From an uncultured Anaerolineales bacterium (GTDB lineage Bacteria > Chloroflexota > Anaerolineae > Anaerolineales > UBA6663), in contig CALFZO010000166.1 of assembly GCA_937952305.1 (NCBI GenBank), forward strand, positions 1,487 through 65,486: 64,000 nucleotides of DNA, in the 5' to 3' direction. Shown in pieces: positions 1 to 8,712 of the stretch. The notes beneath the pieces are model-generated. The model saw only the letters and a list, made by a program, of their open reading frames with translations. It was not told where the DNA came from and did no database searches. Every line of letters starts with the position of its first letter. Within the stretch, counting starts at the first letter, position 1. The position numbers and the translations under genes are program-made.

Positions 1-1617
1 CCGCGGGTGCACGCGGCCCTTGCGCACCAGGTACTCGGTCAGGCGCAGGGCGGCCTGCAGCGTCTCGCGCAGGTCGCGCACCCCCATCTCGGGCGTGGAC
101 TGGCGCGCGAACTTGAGCAGGTCGCTGACGATGGTATTGGCGCGGGAGGCGTTGTCCCGGATGAGCACCAACTGCTCGCGCGTGAAGGCCGTCAGGTCAT
201 CCTCTTCCTGGAGGATCTCGGACAGGCCCTTGATGACGGCCAGCGGGTTCTTGACGTCATGGACGATGCCGGCCGTCAGTTGACCCACGGCGGCCAGTTT
301 CTCGGACTGAACCAGCTGCTGCTGGGCCGACTGCAGCTTGGCGTTGCTGTCGGCCAGCTCACGATTGCGCTGGACGGTCTCCTGGTACAGCCGGCGCGCC
401 TCGGCCGTCCGCTCGCGCAGGCGCGCGATCATCGTGTCAAAGGCCTTGGCCAGGTCGCCGATCTCGTCCCGGCGCTGAACCTTGGATTGCTGGTCCAGGT
501 CGCCGCCAGCGACCGCCTGCGAGACTGAGCGCAGGCGCAGGATCGGCGCGGCGATGTAGTGCGAGAGCGCCAGCCCGGCCACGATCATCACCGCCGTGCC
601 CACGCCGAAGATCAGCGCGAAGGTGTCCCGGCTGGTGATCTCGGTAGAGACGATGTAGTCGCTGCGCAAAGCCACGGCTACCACGCCCACGCGCTGCTCG
701 CGCACGATCAGCGGCGCATACAGCAGCTGGTACTGATAACCGTACAGCGTGCGCTCTTTGATCACCGAGGCGCCCAGGAAATCGGCCTCCACCGCCGTCA
801 GTTCCAGCAGGCCGGTGCCCTCGTCCGGCGGGATCAGGGTCATGGCCGTGATCTTGCCGTTCTCGTCCAGGGCGATCACGCCGTGGGATTGGGCCTGCGT
901 GTTCAGCTCGGCGAGCAAGGTCTCCAGACGGGTGCCCATCAGCATCCCGCCGACGATCTGTCCGGCCGCGTCCCGGACGGGCGCGCTCGTGAACAAGAAG
1001 GCGCCGCTTTGCAGGCCGCGCACGCCCGCGAACTTGTCACCCACCTCATCCAGGTCGCCGTTTAACACCCGGGTCACCAGCGGCTCGCGCGACAGGTCGG
1101 CCTTGCTGGTGAGCGTGTAGCTGATTTCATCCGGGTTAAGGATGTAGGTCCGTTCCTCGATCCCGGCGCGGTTCACGACGGTCAGGACCTCGATCCGGTC
1201 ATTGAGGACCAGCGGGCCGAGCAGACGGTCCAGAGCGTCCAGGTCCTCGTCGGCCATGGCCTGGGGCACGCCGTCGGTATTGGCCAGGCGGCGCAGCGTG
1301 TCCAGGTGGGCGCGCTCCCGGCGGACGAGGCCGTCCGCGACCACGCGGCTGGCCTCGCTCAACTGGCTGAAGAAGCGCTCGCGGGCCGAGGCCGCCACCA
1401 ACCGCATGACGATAAAGATGCCGATGATGGCCGTCAGCAGCGTTAACAGCACATAGGGCACGATCAGCGTGGTCCGCAACGTGCTGGGCAACGCGATCCT
1501 GGGCCGCCGCTGCGCGGGCACCGCCGCGTCTGGGGCCGGGCGCACCACCGACTCCGGGAGTTCTCCGGGTTTGGCGCCAGTGACGGCAGGTTCAGTTGTC
1601 AGAGGTTTCTCAGACAA
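1..1617 (-). CDS. Membrane sensor histidine kinase (TM-extracytoplasmic/Cache-like-TM-HAMP-HisKA), truncated by window edge
   Basis: Not in ORF track because it runs off the left edge. Manual minus-strand translation gives TM1 (LIVPYVLLTLLTAIIGIFIV), TM2 (FALIFGVGTAVMIVAGLAL), HAMP (PILRLRSVSQAVAAGDL...RRDEIGDLAKAFDTM) and H-box (VGQLTAGIVHDVKNPL). Start uncertain (TTG at 1617 or GTG slightly upstream). Confidence 0.9.
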   Translation of the reverse strand, partial: MSEKPLTTEPAVTGAKPGELPESVVRPAPDAAVPAQRRPRIALPSTLRTTLIVPYVLLTLLTAIIGIFIVMRLVAASARERFFSQLSEASRVVADGLVRRERAHLDTLRRLANTDGVPQAMADEDLDALDRLLGPLVLNDRIEVLTVVNRAGIEERTYILNPDEISYTLTSKADLSREPLVTRVLNGDLDEVGDKFAGVRGLQSGAFLFTSAPVRDAAGQIVGGMLMGTRLETLLAELNTQAQSHGVIALDENGKITAMTLIPPDEGTGLLELTAVEADFLGASVIKERTLYGYQYQLLYAPLIVREQRVGVVAVALRSDYIVSTEITSRDTFALIFGVGTAVMIVAGLALSHYIAAPILRLRSVSQAVAGGDLDQQSKVQRRDEIGDLAKAFDTMIARLRERTAEARRLYQETVQRNRELADSNAKLQSAQQQLVQSEKLAAVGQLTAGIVHDVKNPLAVIKGLSEILQEEDDLTAFTREQLVLIRDNASRANTIVSDLLKFARQSTPEMGVRDLRETLQAALRLTEYLVRKGRVHPR

Positions 1618-1916
1618 GGGTGTGACAGCCACAACATTACCTAACGTCCACGATCCTAGGACCCGGCGTTGGCTTACACTTGTACGCCTCGACCATCGTA
1701 TTCTACACCAACCTAATTAAGGATCAGTTGGAGGCTCAATAGAATCAACCAAAGGTCCTACTCGACGGGGCGCCCTCCGGCCGAAGTATTGTTGGGGAAT
1801 CGCTGGTTTTGACCCGGCGCTGGCTTCTCAGCTGGGCGGCTGGCTGGCTGGCCTGGCCAGAACCAGTCGAATCATACTCATAATCTGGAAATGCGCCTCT
1901 ATCAGCCCACGGCGGT

Positions 1917-3176
1917 CTAGCGCAGGCGCAGGGCCACCCACAGCGCCAGGGCATTGGCGACCAACGCCACGCCCAGCAGGGCCGCAAAGCCGAAAGTTGC
2001 CACAACCACGCCGCTCAGGCCGGTGGACAGGAGCGCGAGGCCCAGAAGCGAATTGGTGAAGCCCAGGTACAGGGAGCGGGCCTCGACCGGCGCGATCTCG
2101 AGCAGCAGCGGCTGCGTGGACACGCCCAGCCCGGACTCGCGCACACCGGCCAGCGCATAAGCTGGCAGCAGCCAGGCCGCCGCAACCGCCGGCGCCAGCG
2201 GCTGCCACCACGCGGTGACGAGCAGAGCCGCCACCGTCGCCGACATCAGCAGCCCGGCCAGGGTAGCGGCCCTCAGGATGCCGCGGTTGCCCAGCCGGGC
2301 AGCGAACCGGCCAAACACGACATTGGCCGCCAGGCTGGTGACCGTGTACGTGGCCAGATAGGCACCCACCATCGCCAATGACCCGCCCAGCCGGGTTTGC
2401 ACATAGACCGCAAAGAAGGGTACGGCCGCCCCCGCCACCATCAGGCAGGCGCGCCAGGCCAGGAAGCGGCGGTAGGCGGCATCGCCGCGCAGGATGGCCC
2501 AGCCGCGGCGGACCTGGCTCCACACAGTGGCGCGCGGCTGGACGACCGGGTCAGGCGGTTCGGCAATCGCACTGAAGGTCCACAGCCCGGCCACCGCAAA
2601 CGGGAGACCGAGGCCGAACAGCCAGCCGAAATTCTCCGGGAACTCCAACCCGAGCTGCTGATCCAGCAAGCCGCGCACCACGCCCGCCGCCCCCAGGGCC
2701 GCCAGGCCGCCCAGGAAGAGGCGCCAGGCGAAGAAGACAGCCCGCCGGTTGGGCGGGATGGTCTTGCCGACGACCTCCATGAAAGCCAGGCCGCCGGCCC
2801 CGCTGGCCAGGGCGTACAGGCCGAAAGTCCCGAAGAAAGCCGCCAACAGCCAGCCCGGATCACGGATCACGAAGACGGCCGCCGCCATCGCCGCCCAGGC
2901 GCCGGCTCGCAACAACGCCGTGCGGCGGTAAAGGCCCAGCTTGTGCGGAAGACTCTGGACATAGCCCGACAACCACACCTGGGGCAAGAACCAGCCGCCA
3001 TCGCGCAGCGGGGCCACCAGGCCGATCAGAATGGGCGAGTCGGTGAGGCGGCTGACGAAGGCCACCAGGACCAGGGTCGGGTCGATCAGCGTTTCCGCCA
3101 GGGTGAAGAACAGGCCGTTCAGCACGCCCAACACGAAGTTGCGCGCGCCGGTCTGGGCGGGCCGGAAGGGGATCAC
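1917..3176 (-). CDS. MFS transporter
   Basis: About 12 hydrophobic segments in a ~420-aa ORF with MFS-like spacing. Start placed at GTG 3176, 8 nt below a TGCTATACT extended -10; the ORF track starts at ATG 3194. Confidence 0.8.
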   Translation of the reverse strand: MIPFRPAQTGARNFVLGVLNGLFFTLAETLIDPTLVLVAFVSRLTDSPILIGLVAPLRDGGWFLPQVWLSGYVQSLPHKLGLYRRTALLRAGAWAAMAAAVFVIRDPGWLLAAFFGTFGLYALASGAGGLAFMEVVGKTIPPNRRAVFFAWRLFLGGLAALGAAGVVRGLLDQQLGLEFPENFGWLFGLGLPFAVAGLWTFSAIAEPPDPVVQPRATVWSQVRRGWAILRGDAAYRRFLAWRACLMVAGAAVPFFAVYVQTRLGGSLAMVGAYLATYTVTSLAANVVFGRFAARLGNRGILRAATLAGLLMSATVAALLVTAWWQPLAPAVAAAWLLPAYALAGVRESGLGVSTQPLLLEIAPVEARSLYLGFTNSLLGLALLSTGLSGVVVATFGFAALLGVALVANALALWVALRLR

Positions 3177-3193
3177 AGCCGCCGAGTATAGCA
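3176..3193 (-). promoter_or_regulatory. Extended -10 (TGcTATACT) directly upstream of GTG, candidate leaderless promoter
   Basis: Minus strand reads TGC-TATACT-cggcggct-GTG. Confidence 0.5.
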
Positions 3194-3233
3194 TGGTGCC
3201 CTGGCCCGTCCGACCTATTTCCTACACTTTGGA

Positions 3234-3262
3234 TTGCGCCCCATCCGGGTCACCGCTATAAT
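3234..3262 (+). promoter_or_regulatory. sigma70-type promoter for kinase run
   Basis: TTGCGC (3234-3239), 17-bp spacer, TATAAT (3257-3262). Confidence 0.6.
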
Positions 3263-3323
3263 GGTCGGACACTTTCACGGAGCCGCCGGCGCTGTGTTTG
3301 ACACTCACAAGATAACCCGCTCG

Positions 3324-5261
3324 ATGTCGACGCGCATGCAGGGCCAAGGCGACAGCAGCCTGAAGCCCGGGGCCGTCCTCCAGAACCGCTATTCCATCAT
3401 CCGGGTCCTTGGCGTCGGCGGCATGGGCTCGGTCTACCAGGCCCGTGACCTGCGCTTCCCCAACGCCACCAAGTTCGTGGCCGTCAAAGAGATCATCAAT
3501 ATTGCGGACCCGAGCATGCGCGAGATGGTGGTCCGCATCTTCGAACGCGAGGCCAATACCCTGGCCTCGCTCGACCACCCCGCCATCCCCAAGATCTACG
3601 ATTACTTCAACCAGGGCGACCGCTCCTTCCTGGTCATGGAGTTCATCGACGGCAAAGACCTGGAAACGTACGTCAATGACTCGTCGGAAATGCTGAATGA
3701 GGAGCACGTGGTCGAGTGGGCGATTGAGCTCTGCGACGTGCTCTCCTACCTGCACAACCATAAGACCAAAGACAGCCAGGCCGAACCCATCATCTTCCGC
3801 GACCTCAAGCCGTCTAACCTGATGCTGGATCAGCACGGCAGCATCCGGCTGATCGACTTTGGCATCGCCCGCAACTACCAGGCCGGCCAGAAGGGCACCA
3901 TGATCGGCACCGAGGGCTACTCGCCGCCCGAGCAGTATCGGGGCGAATCCAGCCCGGCCGGCGACATCTACGCCCTGGGGGCCACGCTGCACCATCTGCT
4001 CACCAAGCAGGACCCGCGCATCGAGCCGCCCTTCTCGTTCTCGGAACGGCCAGTGCGCAAGGCCAACCCGAACGTGAGCATGGAGTTGGAGGCCATCATC
4101 AACACGGCCCTCAACTACAACCCGGCCGACCGCTTCCCCAACGCCCAGGCGATGAAGGAAGCCCTGGTGGCCCTGCGCCGGCGCAGTTCCGGGATGCTCA
4201 GCCGCCCGCTGGGCACCGGCCGCCTCGACCTGGGCAACCTGGGCAAGGCGGGCGAGAGCACGGCCAGCCCAACGACGAGCGCGTCCGCCACCCCAGCCCG
4301 GGCCGAGGTCACCCCGCTGTGGGTTTTCAAGTGCGAGGACGAGGTCCGCGGCAGCCCGGTCGTCGGCAACGGCCTGGTCTTCGTCGGCGCTTACGACAAC
4401 AACCTGTACGCGGTGACCGCTGCGGATGGCAAGCTGCTGTGGAAATACGCCACCGACGGCGGCCTGCCGGGCTCGCCGGCCATCCACCAGGACATCGTCT
4501 ACATCGGCTCGGAAGACCGGCGGCTGCACGCCGTCTCGGCCAAGGCCGGCAAACTGCAGTGGACGTACTACGCCGACGCGCCTATCCGCTCCTCGCCGCG
4601 CGTGGCCGAGAACCACGTCTTCATCGGCGCGGACGATCATTACCTGCACGCCGTCAACACCGCCACGGGGCGCAAGGCCTGGCGTTTCCAAGCCAATGAC
4701 GCCGTGCGCTGCCGCCCGGCCGTCACCAACGACCGCCTGTTCTTCGGCTGCGAAAGCGGCGAGTTCTACGCCATCGATCTGCGCGGCGAACGCAAGTGGC
4801 ACTTCAAGGCCAAACGCGGGATCACGTCGTCGCCGCTGCTGGCCAATAACACCCTGTACGTCGGGTCGCTGGATGGCATGGTCTACGCGCTGGATGCCAG
4901 CTCCGGCTGGACGATCTGGCGTTTCCGCACCAACAAACCGATCCTGTCCTCGCCCGCGATCGACGGCAATCTGCTGCTGATCGGCTCAGCCGACAATTAC
5001 CTGTACGCCGTCGACGTCCGCACCGGCCGCGAGGCCTGGAAGTTCCAGGCCGAAGGGCAGTTGAACTCGTCGCCGGCGGTCGGCAAGGGCGTGGTCTACA
5101 TCGGCTCGGTGGACGGCTCCGTCTACGCCATCGAGACCGCCAACGGCAAACTACGCTGGCGCTTCAAGTCCGGCGGACCGGTGACGTCGTCGCCCACGCT
5201 GGCCAACGACATTGTCTACATCGGTTCGTTTGATCATTGCCTGTACGCGCTCACGGCTTAG
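3324..5261 (+). CDS. Hanks-type Ser/Thr protein kinase with C-terminal 8-blade PQQ-like beta-propeller, no TM segment
   Basis: LGVGGMGSVY, VAVK, FRDLKPSN, DFG, GTEGYSPPE motifs, then eight W-x-F...SSP...vyiGS.D..lYAvd...G repeats. Start ATG 3324 or 3336. Confidence 0.95.
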   Translation: MSTRMQGQGDSSLKPGAVLQNRYSIIRVLGVGGMGSVYQARDLRFPNATKFVAVKEIINIADPSMREMVVRIFEREANTLASLDHPAIPKIYDYFNQGDRSFLVMEFIDGKDLETYVNDSSEMLNEEHVVEWAIELCDVLSYLHNHKTKDSQAEPIIFRDLKPSNLMLDQHGSIRLIDFGIARNYQAGQKGTMIGTEGYSPPEQYRGESSPAGDIYALGATLHHLLTKQDPRIEPPFSFSERPVRKANPNVSMELEAIINTALNYNPADRFPNAQAMKEALVALRRRSSGMLSRPLGTGRLDLGNLGKAGESTASPTTSASATPARAEVTPLWVFKCEDEVRGSPVVGNGLVFVGAYDNNLYAVTAADGKLLWKYATDGGLPGSPAIHQDIVYIGSEDRRLHAVSAKAGKLQWTYYADAPIRSSPRVAENHVFIGADDHYLHAVNTATGRKAWRFQANDAVRCRPAVTNDRLFFGCESGEFYAIDLRGERKWHFKAKRGITSSPLLANNTLYVGSLDGMVYALDASSGWTIWRFRTNKPILSSPAIDGNLLLIGSADNYLYAVDVRTGREAWKFQAEGQLNSSPAVGKGVVYIGSVDGSVYAIETANGKLRWRFKSGGPVTSSPTLANDIVYIGSFDHCLYALTA

Positions 5262-5269
5262 TCCCGGAG

Positions 5270-6214
5270 ATGGTCGTGGTCGAATTCTTCAAGAATCTGT
5301 TCCGTCCGAAGGAGCCCCTGGCCGCCCCCGGGGTTGGCTCGGCCGTCCGCCCCAGCGACCCGGATGCGACAGTGCCGCTGCCCGACCTCGGCAGCCGGCC
5401 GTCGCCGGACTCGCTCAAAAGCAAGCTGCCGCCGCCGTCGCGTTCGCGCTTCACGGTGGGCACCGCCCAGGACGTGGGCATGGTGCGTCCGCACAACGAG
5501 GACGTCCTGCTGACATTCACCGGGGAGCTGAACGGCCTGGAGCCGATGCCCAATCTCGGCCTGTTTATCGTGGCCGACGGCATGGGCGGCCACTCGCTCG
5601 GTGAACGCGCCAGTGCGCTGGCGGCGCGCTCCATCGCCCAGGTGGCGCTGCAGCAAATCCTGCCGTCGCTGCTGGCCGACCCGGCCGGCGACGTGGAACG
5701 CCCGCTGCTGACCGAAGTGATGGAGTCCGCGGTGGCGGCCGCCAACCGCACCGTGGTGGCCGGCGTACCCGAAGGCGGCACCACCCTGACCAGCGCGCTG
5801 ATCATCGGCGACCAGCTGGTCCTGTGCCACGTCGGCGACACGCGCGGTTACCTGATCACCGACAACCATTTCGAGCAGCTCACGCGCGACCACTCACTCG
5901 TCCAGCGCCTGAAGGAGCTCGGCCAGATCACCGACGACGAAGCCGCCGTCCACCCGCAGCGCAGCGTGCTCTACCGGGCCGTGGGCCAGGGTGACGGGCT
6001 GGAGGTCGACGTGATTTCGCGCCGGCTGACGCCGGGCACGCTGCTCCTGATCTGTTCGGATGGCCTGTGGAGCCTGGTGCCGGACACCCTGCTGCTGGAG
6101 ATCATCCGGCAGGCCACCAGCCTCCAGGCCGCCTGCGACGCGATGGTGAAAGCCGCCAATGACGCCGGCGGACCCGATAACATCACGGTCGTCATTGTGC
6201 AGATGCCGGGCTGA
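5270..6214 (+). CDS. PP2C/PPM Ser/Thr phosphatase (Stp1/PrpC-like) with Pro/Ser-rich N-terminal extension
   Basis: DVGMVRPHNED, VADGMGGH, GGTT, HVGDTRGY, LTRDHS, CSDGLW and GGPDNIT motifs intact. Starts 8 bp after the kinase stop. Confidence 0.95.
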   Translation: MVVVEFFKNLFRPKEPLAAPGVGSAVRPSDPDATVPLPDLGSRPSPDSLKSKLPPPSRSRFTVGTAQDVGMVRPHNEDVLLTFTGELNGLEPMPNLGLFIVADGMGGHSLGERASALAARSIAQVALQQILPSLLADPAGDVERPLLTEVMESAVAAANRTVVAGVPEGGTTLTSALIIGDQLVLCHVGDTRGYLITDNHFEQLTRDHSLVQRLKELGQITDDEAAVHPQRSVLYRAVGQGDGLEVDVISRRLTPGTLLLICSDGLWSLVPDTLLLEIIRQATSLQAACDAMVKAANDAGGPDNITVVIVQMPG

Positions 6215-6377
6215 GGCCCGGACCGGCGGCCGGTTGGAGCCAAGCGCCCCCGGGGGTGGTGCGCTGGCCGCCACACCGCCGTGGATTCCCGCCGGACGCC
6301 GGCGCCGCAGCGCCTGAGCCCGGCGAATCGAAATTGATGAACCACCACCACGTTCTGCTCGGCTAACTCCGTGGCGT

Positions 6378-7865
6378 ATGCCCAACGCTGACCTGTACGG
6401 CTTGCTCGGCATCCCGGCGTCCGCGACCCCGGACGACATCAAGCTCGCCTACCGCGGGGCGGCCCGCCGCTTTCACCCTGACACCAACGGCGGCCCGGGC
6501 GCTACGGAAGAATTCAAGCTCATCGCCGAAGCGCACGCCATCCTGAGCGACCCGGCCCAGCGCGCCCGTTATGACGCCAGCCTGAAACAGGGCAGCCCCG
6601 GGCCGGCGCTGGCGCTGCGCTCCCTGCTCAGCCGCGAGAAGGTCCCGGTCCTGGCTGAGCCCCAGGTCGTCTATGCGCTGGTGGACGTCCGCCCCACCCT
6701 GCCGGCGGGCGAAATCCCCACGCCGCCCATCAACCTCTCCCTGGTCATCGACCGCTCCACCTCGATGCAGGGCGACCGGCTCGACCAGGTCAAGACCGCG
6801 GTCGCCCAGTTGATCGACAGCCTGCGCGAGAACGACACGCTGGCCGTGATCACGTTCAGCGACAAGGCCGAGGTGATCGTCTCGCCCCAGCGCAGCACGC
6901 CCGAGCAGAAGACGATGGCCAAGGCCAAGGTCAGCACCATCCACGCGGCCGGCGGCACCGAGATCCTGCGCGGCCTCCTGCGCGGCCTGATGGAGCTGCA
7001 CCAGCACCTCAGCCCGAGTTCGGTCAACCATCTGATGCTGCTGACCGACGGGCAGACCTACGGCGACGAGGGCGACTGCCAATTGCTGGCGGCGCTGGCC
7101 GCCGCCGACGGCGTCTCCCTCAGCGGTCTCGGGCTGGGCGACGAGTGGAACGACAAGTTCCTGGATGAGCTCGCCAGCGCCACCGGCGGCTCCACGGCTT
7201 TCCTGGCGGCGCCGGATCAGGTGGCCAAATTCCTGCAAGACAAAGTCCGCGGGCTCGGCGCCGCGTTCGGCGAGCGCCTGGCCCTGCGCATCCTGCCGGA
7301 CCAAGGCGTCAAGCTGCTCCAGGCTTACCGGGTAGCGCCCGAGCCCGGCCCGCTGGCGGTGGACGAGTCGCCGCTGTTGATCGGCAGCCTGCCCAAGGAG
7401 CGGAGCCTGAGCCTGCTGCTCAAGTTCCTGCTGCCGCCGATCAGCGAAGGCCCGCGCCCGATCGCGCGGCTGGCCCTGTACGGCGACGTGCTCAGCCTGA
7501 ACCGGCGCGGCGAACGCGCCACCGAAGACCTGGCCGTGACGGCGCTCGCCAGCTTCCAGGCGGTGGCGCCGCCGCCGGCGCTGGTGGACGCGCTCAGCAA
7601 GCTCTCGCAGTACACGCTCCAGGAGCGGGCCTGGCAGAAGGCGGCCTCCGGCGATATCGGCGGCGCGACCCGCCTGCTTTCCACCCTGGGCACCCGCCTG
7701 CTCTCGGCCGGCCAGGCCGACCTGGCCAAAATGGCGATCGCCGAAGCCAAGCGCCTGGAGCGCACGCACACCCTGTCTGAGGACGCCAAGAAGCGCATCA
7801 AGTACGGGACGCGGGCATTGATGCTGCCCGCCCCGGCTTCCGGCTCCGGCCGCCTGCATTCATGA
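6378..7865 (+). CDS. J-domain (DnaJ-like) + VWA domain fusion protein
   Basis: DLYGLLGI...DIKLAYRGAARRFHPDTN (HPD intact), then VWA with MIDAS DRSTS, GGT and LLTDG. Confidence 0.9.
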   Translation: MPNADLYGLLGIPASATPDDIKLAYRGAARRFHPDTNGGPGATEEFKLIAEAHAILSDPAQRARYDASLKQGSPGPALALRSLLSREKVPVLAEPQVVYALVDVRPTLPAGEIPTPPINLSLVIDRSTSMQGDRLDQVKTAVAQLIDSLRENDTLAVITFSDKAEVIVSPQRSTPEQKTMAKAKVSTIHAAGGTEILRGLLRGLMELHQHLSPSSVNHLMLLTDGQTYGDEGDCQLLAALAAADGVSLSGLGLGDEWNDKFLDELASATGGSTAFLAAPDQVAKFLQDKVRGLGAAFGERLALRILPDQGVKLLQAYRVAPEPGPLAVDESPLLIGSLPKERSLSLLLKFLLPPISEGPRPIARLALYGDVLSLNRRGERATEDLAVTALASFQAVAPPPALVDALSKLSQYTLQERAWQKAASGDIGGATRLLSTLGTRLLSAGQADLAKMAIAEAKRLERTHTLSEDAKKRIKYGTRALMLPAPASGSGRLHS

Positions 7866-8371
7866 TTACGTGTCTGGCCTGCCGCAACCAGGAATACGAA
7901 GGCGAGCTCTTCTGCTCCAACTGCGGCGCGCGCCTGTGGGGCGCGAGCGGCGAGACGCTGCCGACAATCACGTTCGACACCAACCGGCTGCGCGAGATCT
8001 CCAAGCCGCTGGCCACCACGGCGACGACCGGCCACGACCTGAAGCCCGGCCAGATCGCCATCAGCGTCACCGGCACCGGGCAGAGCGTCCTGCTGGAGAG
8101 CCGGCCCGAGTACGTCATCGGCCGGGAGGGCCAGGAGCAGGATGTTCCGGACGTCAACCTGGGACCGTTCGGGGCGCGCGAGAAGGGCGTCTCGCGCAAA
8201 CACGCCGTGCTGCGGGTGGACCGGCGTCAGCTGCTGCTGCTGGATCTGGGCAGCTCCAATGGGACCTGGCTCAACGGCTCCCAACTCGCGCCGCAGGAGC
8301 CGATCCGCCTGGAGAGCGGCGACGAGATCCGGCTAGGCAAGCTGCTCCTGAAAGTGTTCTTCAATTTATGA
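7862..8371 (+). CDS. Zinc-ribbon + FHA domain protein
   Basis: CLAC...CSNCG at N-terminus; FHA phospho-Thr residues IGR, SRKH and SSNGT. ATGA overlap with the upstream stop. Confidence 0.9.
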   Translation: MITCLACRNQEYEGELFCSNCGARLWGASGETLPTITFDTNRLREISKPLATTATTGHDLKPGQIAISVTGTGQSVLLESRPEYVIGREGQEQDVPDVNLGPFGAREKGVSRKHAVLRVDRRQLLLLDLGSSNGTWLNGSQLAPQEPIRLESGDEIRLGKLLLKVFFNL

Positions 8372-8407
8372 CCCCGTGGGGGCGGTGTCACACGAGCGGA
8401 GACCGAC

Positions 8408-8650
8408 ATGGCCATCCAAGTCCTGATCCACATTGCCAATGAAGACCCGATCCTGGGCGAGCTGGAAAAGCTGCCGGCGTCCACGGACCTGATGGTCATG
8501 GTGCTCAACCCGCGCGCCCGCGACAACAAAGACTTGCGCTACCTGGCCCCGAACGTGACCCAGGTGATTTGGCCGATGACCCGGATCACGTTCATCGAAA
8601 TCATGCCCGCCGCCGACGAAGAGAAGCTGGTGGGCTTCGTGCGCGAATGA
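8408..8650 (+). CDS. Small hypothetical protein (80 aa), possibly Sm/LSm-like fold
   Basis: GGAG upstream, strong GC3 codon bias, alternating hydrophobic beta-strand pattern. Confidence 0.75.
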   Translation: MAIQVLIHIANEDPILGELEKLPASTDLMVMVLNPRARDNKDLRYLAPNVTQVIWPMTRITFIEIMPAADEEKLVGFVRE

Positions 8651-8712
8651 CGCGGCCGCGGGTGACGCGGCCGCGCATCAGCGGCGAACACTGCGCCTCC
8701 CTGGTCTGAGCT

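Noticed and set aside
3324-7865. Calling the kinase/PP2C/VWA cluster a TerY-P defence system
   Set aside because: Gene order and architectures differ (Hanks kinase with PQQ propeller, J-domain-fused VWA, canonical Stp1-type PP2C). The analogy is noted but identity is not supported without HMM searches.
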